Under the pieces are notes generated by a model that was given only the letters and a program-made list of their open reading frames with translations, was not told where the DNA came from and searched no databases. From Octopus sinensis (Eukaryota): a stretch of 64,000 nt of DNA. The DNA is taken from contig NC_043024.1 of NCBI RefSeq assembly GCF_006345805.1, forward strand, positions 14,322,001 through 14,386,000, read 5' to 3'. The translations under genes were made by a program, and so were the position numbers. This document shows positions 1 to 12,272 of the stretch, piece after piece (positions within the stretch are counted from its first letter, which is position 1; each line of letters opens with the position of its first letter).

Positions 1-395
1 ATAACAAAAGTAAAAATAGCAATTGGTATAAAATTGCATCAAGGATTTGAACTTGAATAAGTGGTTTCACATGAATGGGAATAAATTAAAAATAAAATTA
101 GCGTGCAGAAATGGAATAGTCCTACAATTCCAGTCTGTTATATATTTTCAGTATTGTTATCACTAGCGATATCAAGATATAACTTTGTATTTTGTATTTT
201 ATGTGTAGATGTATATATATAGATGTACATGTAATATGTATGCATATATATACACATATATACATGCACTAGCACTATGACCTGGCAAAGACGGGTCATA
301 ATGCTAGTTTGTAAAAGCATTTTTAAAAATGTATATTTAAATAATTAAATTTTTACTGTTCATTAAGTATCAATTTTTTTTTGTTTTTAAAACAG

Positions 396-633
396 TAAAA
401 ACATGTCCATTTGGAATGGTATATGATGAATGCACCAGTGCTTGTCCCGCAACTTGTCATACCATTAACATGACATCATCTGAATGTGATTTTTCGTGTG
501 TACCAACATGTCGCTGCAAGAATAATCTTTTCTATGAAGATGGGAAATGTATAGCACAAAAGAAATGCCCTTGTGAATACCAGAATTATAAATACAAGTC
601 AGGAGCCACTGTTAGAATGTTATGCAACAAATG
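396..633 (+). CDS. SCO-spondin-like/mucin-like protein, exon a (TIL of D1 + start of E module)
   Basis: Acceptor ...ttttaaaacAG|, donor |GTtggt; phase 1 to 2. KTCPFGMVYDECTSACPATC...CVPTCRC...CPCEY...MLCNK: 10-Cys TIL pattern. Confidence 0.92.
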
Positions 634-694
634 GTTGGTTTTTAATTCAATTGTTTTCTTACGTTAATTTGCATTGATTTACAGTTATTAACAA

Positions 695-1080
695 CTAGCA
701 GTATCGCCCAGCGTTGCTCGGGTTTGTTTTGACCCTTTAGAATTGGAATCTTTGAAAAGTAAAAATTTTGCATTATGTAGCTTGTTATTCTCTTAAAGTG
801 AACATTTTTCTGGTTGAAATACACTGAAAAATAGCAACACAGCAGTCAAAGAATCGTAAGAAATAGGGATTTTCATAGAAAAAAAGCACCTTTTTGATAT
901 AAATAATTTTTGGTGTTAACATGGTCCGATTTGAATTTTATCTTCTATGGAATAAAGAGCAAGCCTTCTTCTATCATACTCCCAATTTTGGTCAACTTGC
1001 GTCACAGGTTCTCAGAGGAGATAGTGTTAGTTGAAGGCTCCCAAACCTGCCACACACAGACAACTTCAGCTTTATATAGA
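695..1080 (-). mobile_element. non-autonomous Helitron, family H1
   Basis: Minus strand A|TCTATATAAAGCTGAAGTTG ... CCCGAGCAACGCTGGG-CGATACTG-CTAG|T: 5'TC, subterminal hairpin, 3'CTAG, A/T target, no TSD. Confidence 0.85.
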
Positions 1081-1239
1081 TTATCAGTAAACATTTAAGT
1101 TATTTTACAATGAAATACCTTATATGTATACTTTATGTACTACAGGTGTGGTTAAAGTTATATCACTAAAACATATTGCTTCTCAACTTCATGATTCCAT
1201 GTTTTATTCCACTGTCTATCACAGAAGCTTTCAGCATCT

Positions 1240-2290
1240 TCATTTAACATCCATTTTCCATGCTGGCATGGGTTGGACAGTTTGACTGAAAACTTTTAAA
1301 CTGGGAAGCTGCACCAGGTTCCAATCTGATTTGGCATGGTTTCTACGGCTGGGTGCCCTTCCTAATGCCAACCACTCCAAAAGTGTAGTGGCTTTTTACA
1401 TGCCACCAGCACAGGTTCCAGTTATGCAACATTGGCATTGGCCATGACTATGATCTCACTTCGCTTGACAGGCCTTCTCATACATGGTATATTGCCAAGG
1501 GTTTGATCGCTAGTCCCTGCCTCCATGAGGCCCAACCTCAACCCATATCTTTCTGGGGCTACGTCTTCCACAGGTTCTTTCTACCATTAGAGTTTGGTAC
1601 TACTTCACACAGCTGTCCTTATCCATACACATCGCGTGACCACACCAGCACAGTCTTCTCTTTTGCACACCACATCTGATGCTTCTTATGGAAGCACTCC
1701 GTCGGTTACGACGATGAGGGTTCCGGTTGATCCGAATCAACGGAACAGCCTGCTCGTGAAATTAACGTGTAAGTGGCTGAGCACTCCACAGACACGTGCA
1801 CCCTTAACGTAGTTCTCGGGGATATTCAGCGTGACACAGAGAGTGACAAGGCTGGCCCCTTGAAATACAGGTACAACAGAAACAGGAAGTAAGAGTGAGA
1901 GAAAGTTGTGGTGAAAGAGTACAGCAGGGATCACCACCATCCCCTGCCAGAGCCTCATGGAGCTTTTAGGTGTTTTCGCTCAATAAGCACTCACAACGCC
2001 CAGTCTGGGAATCGAAACCGCGATCCTATGACCGCGAGTCCGCAATGCTTCTTATACCCAAGTCTTCTCTCACGATGCTTACACTGTTGTACATGCACAC
2101 TGACATTGCACATCCAGTGAAGCATACTAGCTTCATTTCTTTGAAGCCTACTCACATCCTCAGCAGTCACAGCCCATGTTTCACTTCCATGTAGCATGTC
2201 TGTTCATGCACAGGCATCATACAACCTACCTTTCGCTCTGAGGAAGAGGCATTTTGTTACCAACAGAGGTAGGAGCGCTCTGAACTTTGC
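1240..2290 (-). mobile_element. RTE-clade LINE 3' fragments (interrupted by a SINE)
   Basis: MLHGSETWAVTAEDVSRLQRNEASMLHWMCNVS at 1991-2197; 3' UTR shared with 10145-10760. Confidence 0.7.
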
Positions 2291-2950
2291 CCAGCCTATT
2301 CTTATTCTCGCATCTTGGAGCATCCACCCCTGCTACTGACTTAATCACCTAGGTAACGGAATCTATCAACTAATTCTAGTTACTTCACCACCACCACACC
2401 ACCACCACCACCACCACCACCACCACTACTTGACATTTGATGGAGTCTATTTTCTGTACATTTTTAGTGTTTATTGCACTTGTACCCCTTCCACACACAA
2501 AACTATTTTCTCTGGCAACCTTCTGATATTGCTTGCACTGCTTATGTGTCCATAGGGACATTTTATGAAGTTTTTACCTATGCCTTTTCTACAGAACAAG
2601 CAGGACCATAAACCTGAAAGGATTTGTGATTTGTCCACCTTCCTACTTACTAAGACTTTAGTTTTTGCTAGATTATAGGTATGGTTAAGGGTATATCAGT
2701 AAAACATTTTGTTTCTCAACCGCATGATTTCATGTTCTATTCCACTGTCTGTCACAGAAACTTTCATCATCTTCATTTAACATCCATTTTCCATGCTGGC
2801 ATGGGTTGGACAGTTTGACTGATATTGCTTGCACTGAAATTTCTTCTCTAGTTTTGGTAGTGATTTGGTTATGTTGTCCAATAATATGGGGAGTGGAATT
2901 TAGTAAGCTGAAATGGGAAGCTTGTCTCTCTCTCACACACACTAATATTA

Positions 2951-3067
2951 AATTCTCTGAAGAGGCCGTGGGGCATCCTTGTTAATGTCTCATTTATACC
3001 TGCCTTATATGGCTTATAGGTTAAATGGGGCATGCTTGCCCTTACTGCCGAAACAGCTGTCAGATAT
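2951..3067 (+). ncRNA. type I hammerhead ribozyme motif, family E (long stem II)
   Basis: ttct-CTGAAGA-GGC...GCC-GAAAC-AGCT-GTC-aga. Canonical core, G10.1-C11.1 pair, palindromic ACAGCTGT stem III, GUC site; stem I only 3 bp (5 with a bulge). Confidence 0.72.
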
Positions 3068-3358
3068 GATATAATTACATATTATATTTTATATTTTATA
3101 TTTCTATTTCCTTGTCTAATTATATTTACAATATATTTTGTATAATGCCTTTACTGTTATATAATGGTGTAATAAAGTATTGATTGGGTATCATCTGTTG
3201 GTTGATGTTTGATTGATTTAAGTATGTTTCTCCATTTTCTAATTTTGTAGTATATGTATGTATATATATATAGTGAGAATTTACAAAAAACAAAAGATGA
3301 AGACGGGTGTATAAACAACAAACAGATATATTAGTTTAACACTCAGGAAGTGAGAAAG

Positions 3359-3396
3359 TCTTTTATGTTTCAAGCCTACGCTCTTCGACAGAAAGG
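3359..3396 (-). ncRNA. minimal hammerhead motif, family B (copy 1)
   Basis: Minus strand CCTTT-CTGTCGA-A-GAGC gtag GCTT-GAAA-CA-TA-AAAGA; A6 replaced by U. Confidence 0.6.
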
Positions 3397-3459
3397 AACA
3401 CGATGAAATAAACAGGGAGAGAAAATAGAAACACACAAAGATATGTATGTATATACATG

Positions 3460-3507
<48 letters not shown>

Positions 3508-3534
3508 ATATATATAATATATTATATATATATG

Positions 3535-3639
<105 letters not shown>

Positions 3640-3650
3640 TATATACATAT

Positions 3651-3721
<71 letters not shown>

Positions 3722-3806
3722 AGAGTTTACGAAAAAAAGATGAAGATGAAGACAGGTGGTGTACAAAACAAACAGATGTATTAGTATAACACTCAGGAAT
3801 AGAGAG

Positions 3807-3844
3807 TCTTTTATGTTTCAAGCCTACGCTCTTCTACAGAAAGG
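3807..3844 (-). ncRNA. minimal hammerhead motif, family B (copy 2, tandem with copy 1)
   Basis: Minus strand CCTTT-CTGTAGA-A-GAGC gtag GCTT-GAAA-CA-TA-AAAGA. Confidence 0.6.
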
Positions 3845-3984
3845 GACACAGAAAAAACAAGAAGAGAAACAGGAGAGAAAAAAAATGCTAACGATATATA
3901 TATAGGTTCCTAATCCTCAAAATTTTTCCTCAGCAATTTTTGTTTTTATTGGTTAAATATTAAATGTTATTTTTATACTTTCAG

Positions 3985-4126
3985 CACATGTTGCAAGGGT
4001 GTATGGGACTGCGAAAAGAAAAAATGTCCTGCAGTGTGTACTATTTATGGAAGATCTACAATTGTTACATTTGATGGACAACAATATAAATTAGAGCCTC
4101 AAGCCTGTGTTTATTCTTTAGTTGAG
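3985..4126 (+). CDS. exon b (end of E1, start of VWD2)
   Basis: tttcAG| ... |GTaatt; phase 2 to 0. CTCCKGVWDCEKKKCPAVCTIYGRSTIVTFDGQQYKLEPQACVYSLVE. Confidence 0.93.
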
Positions 4127-4144
4127 GTAATTTCTCATTAAATT

Positions 4145-4395
4145 TCTCATAAATCTGTTGTCTAACTCTTGTTAACAAAGAGAGCAGACTTTGTATGTGG
4201 CATTTGTGCAAGAGAAATAAACTCCAAGAACTCACAGAAAATAGATTTTCTCAAATACTCAGGTGGATCCCTAGGAGTAGTTGATAGTTTCGGTTATTTT
4301 GGTGATCTAAAGACACCAGAGGAGAATTATTCAGAAAGTAAAGTAGCCAGAGTAAGAACAGGCTGAAGAAACCTCAGAGAGCTACTAGCCCTGTT
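4145..4395 (+). mobile_element. RTE-like RT C-terminal fragment
   Basis: SLGVVDSFGYFGDL...SESKVARVRTG*RNLRELL resembles the LEVVDSFCYLG...ARIR.GW.KFRELL region of RTE ORF2. Confidence 0.55.
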
Positions 4396-4575
4396 AGGAA
4401 CAAAAGATTTCTTTCTCAGAATGAAAGACAGATTTATGATTTTTGTGTATGAACAGCAATGCTATATGGTATAGAGACACAGGCCCCAACTGCAGAGGAC
4501 TTGTGAAGAAGTATGTGTCTGTATATTTACATATACACATATGTATGCATGCATGTATGTGTCTGTATATAAATA

Positions 4576-4638
<63 letters not shown>

Positions 4639-4936
4639 CTATTTTTTATTTATGTGTCCTTTTGAAGCCTAGCCAGGCTCATGGGCCCAGTTTCCCAGTT
4701 TCTATGGCATATGTGTTCCCCCCAGCTGGATGGGACACCAGTCCATCGTTGCTTTACTCAGGAAACAGGAAGAAAGAGTGAGAGAAAGTTGAGGCGAAAG
4801 AGTACAACAGGGGTTGCCACCACCCCCTGCCGGAGCCTCATGGAGCTTTAGGTGTTTTTGCTCAATAAACATACACAACGAAACCGCAATCCTCCAACCG
4901 TGAGTCCGCTGCCCTAACCACTGGGCCATTGTGCTT

Positions 4937-4979
<43 letters not shown>

Positions 4980-4980
4980 A

Positions 4981-6510
4981 TAATATTAGGGAGTATAACT
5001 CCAAACTTACAGGGAAAAATTCAATTTAGTATTAAATCAAATTTCACAGTATAAATATATAAAATATGAATTAGAGATAAAACCACTATTATGCAACTCA
5101 AACAGTGATAGACATAAACCAATACATAAATAACAAATAATATATAATATAATATTATATATATATTATATATTATATATTATATTAATTATATATATTA
5201 TTTGTTATTTATGTATTGGTTTATGTCTATCACTGTTTGGGTTGCATAATAGTGGTTTTATCTCTAATTCATATTTTATATATATATATATATAGCTATG
5301 TTATATTCTGTTAAGAACCTTATGAAGTACAGTATAAAGCTCGTCCACCTTCAGATTTCACCCTGTGCTACCCTGTAGTAGTATTATACATTCTTCTAGA
5401 TTTGCACTTGAGCTTATGTGGAGGCACTCCGTCGGTTACGACGACGAGGGTTCCGGTTGATCCGAATCAACGGAACAGCCTGCTCGTGAAATTAACGTGT
5501 AAGTGGCTGAGCACTCCACAGACACGCGTACCCTTAATGTAGTTCTCGGTGATATTCAGCGTGACACAGAGAGTGACAAGGCTGGCCCTTTGAAATACAG
5601 GTACAACAGAAACAGGAAGTAAGAGTGAGAGAAAGTTGTGGTGAAAGAGTACAGCAGGGATCACCACCATCCCTACCGGAGCCTCGTGGAGCTTTTAGGT
5701 GTTTTCGCTCAATAAACACTCACAACGCCCGGTCTGGGAATCAAAACCGCGATCCTACGACCGCGAGTCCGCTGCCCTAACCACTGGGCCATTGCGCCTC
5801 AATGAGCTTATGTAGTGTGTGATTAGATAATTGAAAAAGTTGGAGTCAACAAGAAGGTATAGAAGGTTGGACATTTATTTTCAATCAATTGTTTCTATGC
5901 AATATAGTTCTCCAGGCTTGGAGGTACTTGTTTATGCAACTGTTTCCCTGCATTAGGAGATCTAGTTGTGTTTCCTCAGGTGATATATAAATTCAAAATT
6001 CTCAGCTTCAAGAGCATCTCTGTCTGTTAAGAACCTTATGAAGTACAGTATGGGGTTGGCAGTAACCACTGAGTATATCAAGAGATGCGTTGTGGCTGAA
6101 GGTCCATTGGCAAACTGCTTTGAAAGTGTAGATGTGGTGGGATGGTGATTCTGCTACTGTTAAGGCAATTGTCATTTTAAAGGGATTGGCTCTTGATTTC
6201 TTTGTACTGTTGATTTGTTTTTCATGGTTGGTTACACTTGCGATTGTCCTTGGCTGACCTTTAAGAACCAGCCAATATGTACACATACATGCACACATAC
6301 ATATACATACATATATATATATATCTTTTTACTTGTTTCAGTCATTTGACTGCGGCCATGCTGGAGCACTGCCTTTTATCGAGCAAATCGACCCCGGGAC
6401 TTATTCTTTGTAAGCCCAGTACTTATTCTATCGGTCTCTTTTGCCGAACCGCTAAGTGACGGGGACGTAAACACACCAGCATCGGTTGTCCAGCAATGCT
6501 AGGGGGACAA

Positions 6511-6543
<33 letters not shown>

Positions 6544-8060
6544 ATATTAGGGAGTATAACTCCAAACTTACAGGGAAAAATTCAATTTAGTATTAAATCA
6601 AATTTCACAGTATAAATATATAAAATATGAATTAGAGATAAAACCACTATTATGCAACTCAAACAGTGATAGACATAAACCAATACATAAATAACAAATA
6701 ATATATAATATAATATTATATATATATTATATATTATATATTATATTAATTATATATATTATTTGTTATTTATGTATTGGTTTATGTCTATCACTGTTTG
6801 GGTTGCATAATAGTGGTTTTATCTCTAATTCATATTTTATATATATATATATAGCTATGTTATATTCTGTTAAGAACCTTATGAAGTACAGTATAAAGCT
6901 CGTCCACCTTCAGATTTCACCCTGTGCTACCCTGTAGTAGTATTATACATTCTTCTAGATTTGCACTTGAGCTTATGTGGAGGCACTCCGTCGGTTACGA
7001 TGACGAGGGTTCCGGTTGATCCGAATCAACGGAACAGCCTGCTCGTGAAATTAACGTGTAAGTGGCTGAGCACTCCACAGACACGCGTACCCTTAATGTA
7101 GTTCTCGGTGATATTCAGCGTGACACAGAGAGTGACAAGGCTGGCCCTTTGAAATACAGGTACAACAGAAACAGGAAGTAAGAGTGAGAGAAGTTGTGGT
7201 GAAAGAGTACAGCAGGGATCACCACCATCCCTGCTGGAGCCTCGTGGAGCTTTTAGGTGTTTTCGCTCAATAAACACTCACAACGCCCGGTCTGGGAATC
7301 AAAACCGCGATCCTACGACCGCGAGTCCGCTGCCCTAACCACTGGGCCATTGCGCCTCAATGAGCTTATGTAGTGTGTGATTAGATAATTGAAAAAGTTG
7401 GAGTCAACAAGAAGGTATAGAAGGTTGGACATTTATTTTCAATCAATTGTTTCTATGCAATATAGTTCTCCAGGCTTGGAGGTACTTGTTTATGCAACTG
7501 TTTCCCTGCATTAGGACATCTAGTTGTGTTTCCTCAGGTGATATATAAATTCAAAATTCTCAGCTTCAAGAGCATCTCTGTCTGTTGTGGCCTGGGGTTG
7601 GCAGTAGCCACTGAGTATATCAAGAGATGCGTTGTGGCTGAAGGTCCATTGGCAAACTGCTTTGAAAGTGTAGATGTGGTGGGATGGTGATTCTGCTACT
7701 GTTAAGGCAATTGTCATTTTAAAGGGATTGGCTCTTGATTTCTTTGTACTGTTGATTTGTTCTTCATGGTTGGTTACACTTGCGATTGTCCTTGGCTGAC
7801 CTTTAAGAACCAGCCAATATGTACACATACATGCACACATACATATACATACATATATATATATATCTTTTTACTTGTTTCAGTCATTTGACTGCGGCCA
7901 TGCTGGAGCACTGCCTTTTATCGAGCAAATCGACCCCGGGACTTATTCTTTGTAAGCCCAGTACTTATTCTATCGGTCTCTTTTGCCGAACCGCTAAGTG
8001 ACGGGGACGTAAACACACCAGCATCGGTTGTCCAGCAATGCTAGGGGGACAAACACACAC
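4981..8060 (+). repeat. tandem duplication, period 1561 bp
   Basis: 4981-6541 repeats at 6542-about 8060 with scattered substitutions and one replacement indel. Confidence 0.95.
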
Positions 8061-8251
8061 ACACACACATATATATATACATATATACGACAGGCTTCTT
8101 TCAGTTTCTGTCTACCAAATCCACTCACAAGGCATTGGTCGGCCCGGGGCTATAGCAGAAGACACTTGCCCAAGATGCCACGCAGTGGGACTGAACCCGG
8201 AACCATGTGGCTGGTTAGCAAGCTACTTACCACACAGCCACTCCTGCGCCT
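7867..8251 (-). mobile_element. SINE-A (tRNA-like head, internal CA/TA microsatellite, (AGTAAAAG)n tail)
   Basis: Head TGGCTGTGTGGTAAG..GGTTCAGTCCC. Other copies about 6325-6530, 9689-10096, 18614-19034, 19662-20160, 24076-24475, 26735-27155, 38977-39600, 45733-46255, 62025-62398, 63751-64000 (all minus). Confidence 0.88.
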
Positions 8252-8474
8252 ATGTATATATATGTATATATATATATGTATGTATATGTATATATATCTT
8301 TTTTTTCGTAAGGCTTAAGGCTGTATCATGCGCAGGGACATAGAAATGTATAACCCGTGCTAGCGCGGAAAACGGACGTTAAACGATGATGATGATGATA
8401 TATGCATATATGTATATCTGTGTGGGAGTGTGTGTGTATTGTACATGTTCAAGTATATGAATTTATATTGCACC

Positions 8475-8512
<38 letters not shown>

Positions 8513-8602
8513 GTTTTTTATACACTGAGACATATGTGTTTGTGTCCTCATGTATTGGCAAATATATATATAATAAAAGATATATGTATTGTTATATTTC
8601 AG

Positions 8603-8911
8603 CCACATGACAAGTCTGTTTCTTTGAAAATTATGCTACATTTTGCTGCATGTAAGAGTATCTGGAGAGAAGGTTACAACTGTACATCTGGTATCACTTT
8701 GGAAAGCAATGATTTCTTTCTTACCATCAGCAATAAGAATGTCTTAGCAAATGGTAGGGAAATTCAGCAACTTCCATACCATTCAAGAGGTGTAACTGTC
8801 AAGAGGGCAACTTCTTCCTTTTATCTTATAGAAGGGAGTGGTTTCCGAATTCTCTATAACGAAAACAGACAAATATATATTAAATTGGATTTGGAACCTT
8901 TTAAAGGAAAG
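8603..8911 (+). CDS. exon c (VWD2 core)
   Basis: atttcAG| ... |GTatgt; 103 codons, phase 0 to 0. PHDKSVSLK...FRILYNENRQIYIKLDLEPFKGK. Confidence 0.93.
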
Positions 8912-9019
8912 GTATGTGCTAATATTGTTACCATTTTTGTGATAAAATTTTAGGATAAAAATTTTGATCCATTTCTTTCTTTCTTTCATTCCTGATTTTA
9001 CTTTTTCCTTGGATTATAT

Positions 9020-9361
9020 TGGGACCCCCTTCAGTCACGACACTGACCATGGGATTGCACCTAGAAAGTTACTCTCCTAGTCACAAGTCTGGGCAAGGTG
9101 GTTTATGGAAGACCAGCAGTCGCCCATGCATACCAGCCTCCCCTCTCCACGCCACCAGTGTTATCCAAGGGAAAGGCAAGGGCCGATACAGCTTGGCACC
9201 TGTGACGTCGCAACTCATTTCTACAGTTGAGTGAACTGGAGCAACGTGAAATAAAGTGTCTTGCTCAAGAACACAACACGCAGCCCGGTCCGGGATTCGA
9301 GCTCACAACCTCACGATCGTAAGCTCGACGCTCTAACCACTGAGCCATGCGCCTCCACTAT
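9020..9361 (-). mobile_element. SINE-D (tRNA-like head, TGTTCTTGAGCAAGACAC core)
   Basis: 11-bp TSD TTGGATTATAT; other pieces about 28080-28385 (+), 29460-29620 (-), 31795-31990 (+). Confidence 0.85.
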
Positions 9362-9896
9362 TTGGATTATATATAACTTATGATATTACATAACACATAA
9401 TCTCTCTCTCTCTCTCTCTCTCTTTCTCTCAAGTTAAAGAGTAAATATGTTTTTGTCAGGAAAATGAGAAATTGCCTTTCAATTTTAATCATGTATCTGT
9501 CTTTTAAGACTAAGAAGAGTGCTTATCTGATTTATGGAGTTCAGTTCTTCATGTAAAACAGTCTGAAATTTCAACATTTTATTCAAACTGAAATTGGATA
9601 ATAATAGATGGATAAGAAATCTGAAGTTAAAACTGGAGCTTCAACAAAATCTTATGAAAAATGGTTTTCCATAAATTTGTATTCATTCTCTTTTACACTT
9701 TTACTTGTTTCAGTCATTTGACTGTGGCCATGCTGGAGCACCGCCTTTAGTTGAGAAAATCGACCCCGGGACTTATTCTTTGTAAGCCCAGTACTTATTC
9801 TATCGGTCTCTTTTGCCGAACCGCTAAGTGACGGAGATGTAAACACACCAGCATTGGTTGTCAAGCAATGCTAGGGAGACAAACACAGACACACAA

Positions 9897-9935
<39 letters not shown>

Positions 9936-10144
9936 ACAGGCTTCTTTCAGTTTCCGTCTACCAAATCCACTCACAAGACTTTGGTTGACCCGAGGCTATA
10001 GTAGAAGACACTTGCCCAAGGTGCCACACAGTGGGACTGAACCCGGAACCATGCGGCTGGTTAGCAAGCTACTTACCACACAGCCACTCCTGCGCTTATA
10101 TTCAATTTTATTTAAAATTTTGATTCCTGTTTAAATTTTTCTGG

Positions 10145-10760
10145 ATGTGCCATGTCAGGGTTCACGTACGACAGTGTAAACATCTTGAGAAAAATGTTGG
10201 GCATAAGAGGCAAGAGAGACGACTGCACTGGTATGGTCGTGTGATGTGTATGGATGTGGACAGCTGTGTGAAGAAGTGGCAATCTCTACCAGGAAGACAT
10301 GGGAAGCATGATCTTCAAACTTTGGGCCTCACAGAAGCAATGACTAGGACTAGTAACCGAGTCCTTTGGCGATATGCTGACCAGTCAAACCAAGTGGAAT
10401 CCTAGTTGTGACCATTGTTGATGTCACATAACTGGTAGCCATGCCGGTGGCATGTGAAAAGCTCCTTTCTAGTGCTGGGCCTCATGGAGGCAATAACCCT
10501 AACCCCGAGATCTTTGGCAATATGCTGTGCTTGAGAAGATGACCCATCATGCTAAGTGAATTGATAGTTGTGGAAGATACTGGTGTCACACAACTGGCAC
10601 CTGTGCTAGTGGCGCACAAAAGCACCCATTACACTCTCAGAGTGGTCAGCGTTAGGAAGTGCATCCATCCGTAGAAACCATGCCAAATCAGACTGGAGTC
10701 TGGTGCAGCCCCCTGGTCAAACCATCGGACCCATGCCAGCATGGACAATGGACGTTAAAT
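10145..10760 (+). mobile_element. RTE-clade LINE 3' end with expanded (GAT)n tail
   Basis: RRLHWYGRVMCMD..CVKK; 3' UTR ending GGACGTTAAATGATGATG. Confidence 0.75.
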
Positions 10761-10844
10761 GATGATGATGATGATGTTGATGATGATGATGATGATGATG
10801 ATGTTTATGATGATGACGATGATGACGATGATGATGACGACGAA

Positions 10845-10881
<37 letters not shown>

Positions 10882-10987
10882 TTTATGATGATGACGATGA
10901 TGACGATGATGATGATGATGACGATGATGACGATGATGACGACGACGACGACGACGAGGATGATGATGATGTTTATGATGATGATGA
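10758..10987 (+). repeat. (GAT/GAC)n microsatellite
   Basis: Expanded LINE tail; source of the spurious poly-D/M/H ORFs. Confidence 0.95.
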
Positions 10988-11261
10988 TTTTTTTCTATTT
11001 GATACTCCATTAGAATATTAATGAGTGCCCCTTCAGAATTTTAGCTAATGATGTCTCATGTCATGTCAATTTTTCTTTCTTCTATAAAACTCTGTCTTGT
11101 GAATTTATAATTTCAGTTTAAATATTCTTTTTGAAAATTGAAATTCCAATTTCCGAATTGTAGAGTATATTTATCTTTTCAAATTTACGAAGTTTTATTT
11201 AAGTATACTGATAGACTAAGTTATTCTCCTCAAACTTTTCTTCACAATATTTATCTGACAG

Positions 11262-11429
11262 ATTCAAGGACTTTGTGGTAACTTCGATTTTGATATTACT
11301 AATGACTTCAATGGGCCAAATGGTCTGCCTCTGGATAAGGTGTCTTTCACTCAAGCCTATCTATCTCCCACATGTGAAAGACAACAAAGAGAAGATGTTG
11401 AAGAAGTGCCTTGTTCATCACATTTTAAT
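11262..11429 (+). CDS. exon d (VWD2 C-terminus, GLCGNFD motif)
   Basis: ctgacAG| ... |GTaagt; 56 codons. IQGLCGNFDFDITNDF...PTCER...VPCSSHFN. Confidence 0.94.
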
Positions 11430-11454
11430 GTAAGTATTTTCCCTTTTATTAAAA

Positions 11455-11835
11455 TTAGCAGTATCGCCCGGTGTTGCTCGGGTTTGTTTCAACCCTTTAG
11501 AATTGGAATTTTTGAAAAGTAAAAATTTTGCATTATGTAGCTTGTTATTCTCTTTAAGTGAATATTTTTCTGGTTGAAATACACCGAAAAATGGCAACAC
11601 AGCAGTAAAAAAATCATAAATAATCGGGATTTTCATAGAAAAAAAGCACATTTTTTATGTAAATAATTTTTGGTGTTAACATGGTCCGATTTGAATTTTT
11701 TCCTCTACGGAAGGAAGAGCAAGCCTTCTATCATACTCTCAATTTTGGTCAACTTGCACCATAGGGTCTCAGAGGAAATAGTGTTAGTTGAAGGTTACCA
11801 AACCCGCCATACACATACAACTTCAGCTTTATATA
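11455..11835 (-). mobile_element. non-autonomous Helitron H1
   Basis: Homologous over its full length to 695-1080; termini slightly decayed. Confidence 0.8.
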
Positions 11836-11864
11836 AAAAAAAAAAAAATCAAAATCAAAATCGA

Positions 11865-12272
11865 TCAACATCAGTGGAAATTGTAGCTGTGATACCAGTG
11901 CTGGTGGCACGTAAGAGAACCATCCGAACGTGGCCGTTGCCAGCACCACCCCAACTGGCCTTATGCCAGTGGCACGTAAAAAGCACCATCCAATCATGGC
12001 CATTTGCCAGCCTCGTCTGGCACCTGTGCAGGTGGCACGTAAAAAGCACCATCCGATCATGGCCGTTTGCCAGCCTCATCTGGCACCTGTGCAGGTGGCA
12101 CGTAAAAAGCACCCACTACACTCATGGAGTGGTTGGCGTTAGGAAGGGCATCCAGCTGTAGAAACACTGCCAGATCAGACTGGGCTTGGCGCAGCCTTCT
12201 GGCTTCCCAGACCCCAGTTGAACCGTCCAACCCATGCCAGCATGGAAAACGGACGTTAAACAATGATGATGA
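11865..12272 (+). mobile_element. RTE 3' UTR with internal 63-bp tandem repeats
   Basis: Same 3' end (CCATGCCAGCATGGAAAACGGACGTTAAAC-ATGATGATG); repeat starts at 11904, 11969, 12032, 12095. Confidence 0.75.

Noticed and set aside
10659-11021. Poly-Asp / poly-Met / poly-His ORFs
   Set aside because: Expanded (GAT)n tail of an RTE LINE; no splice signals or domain
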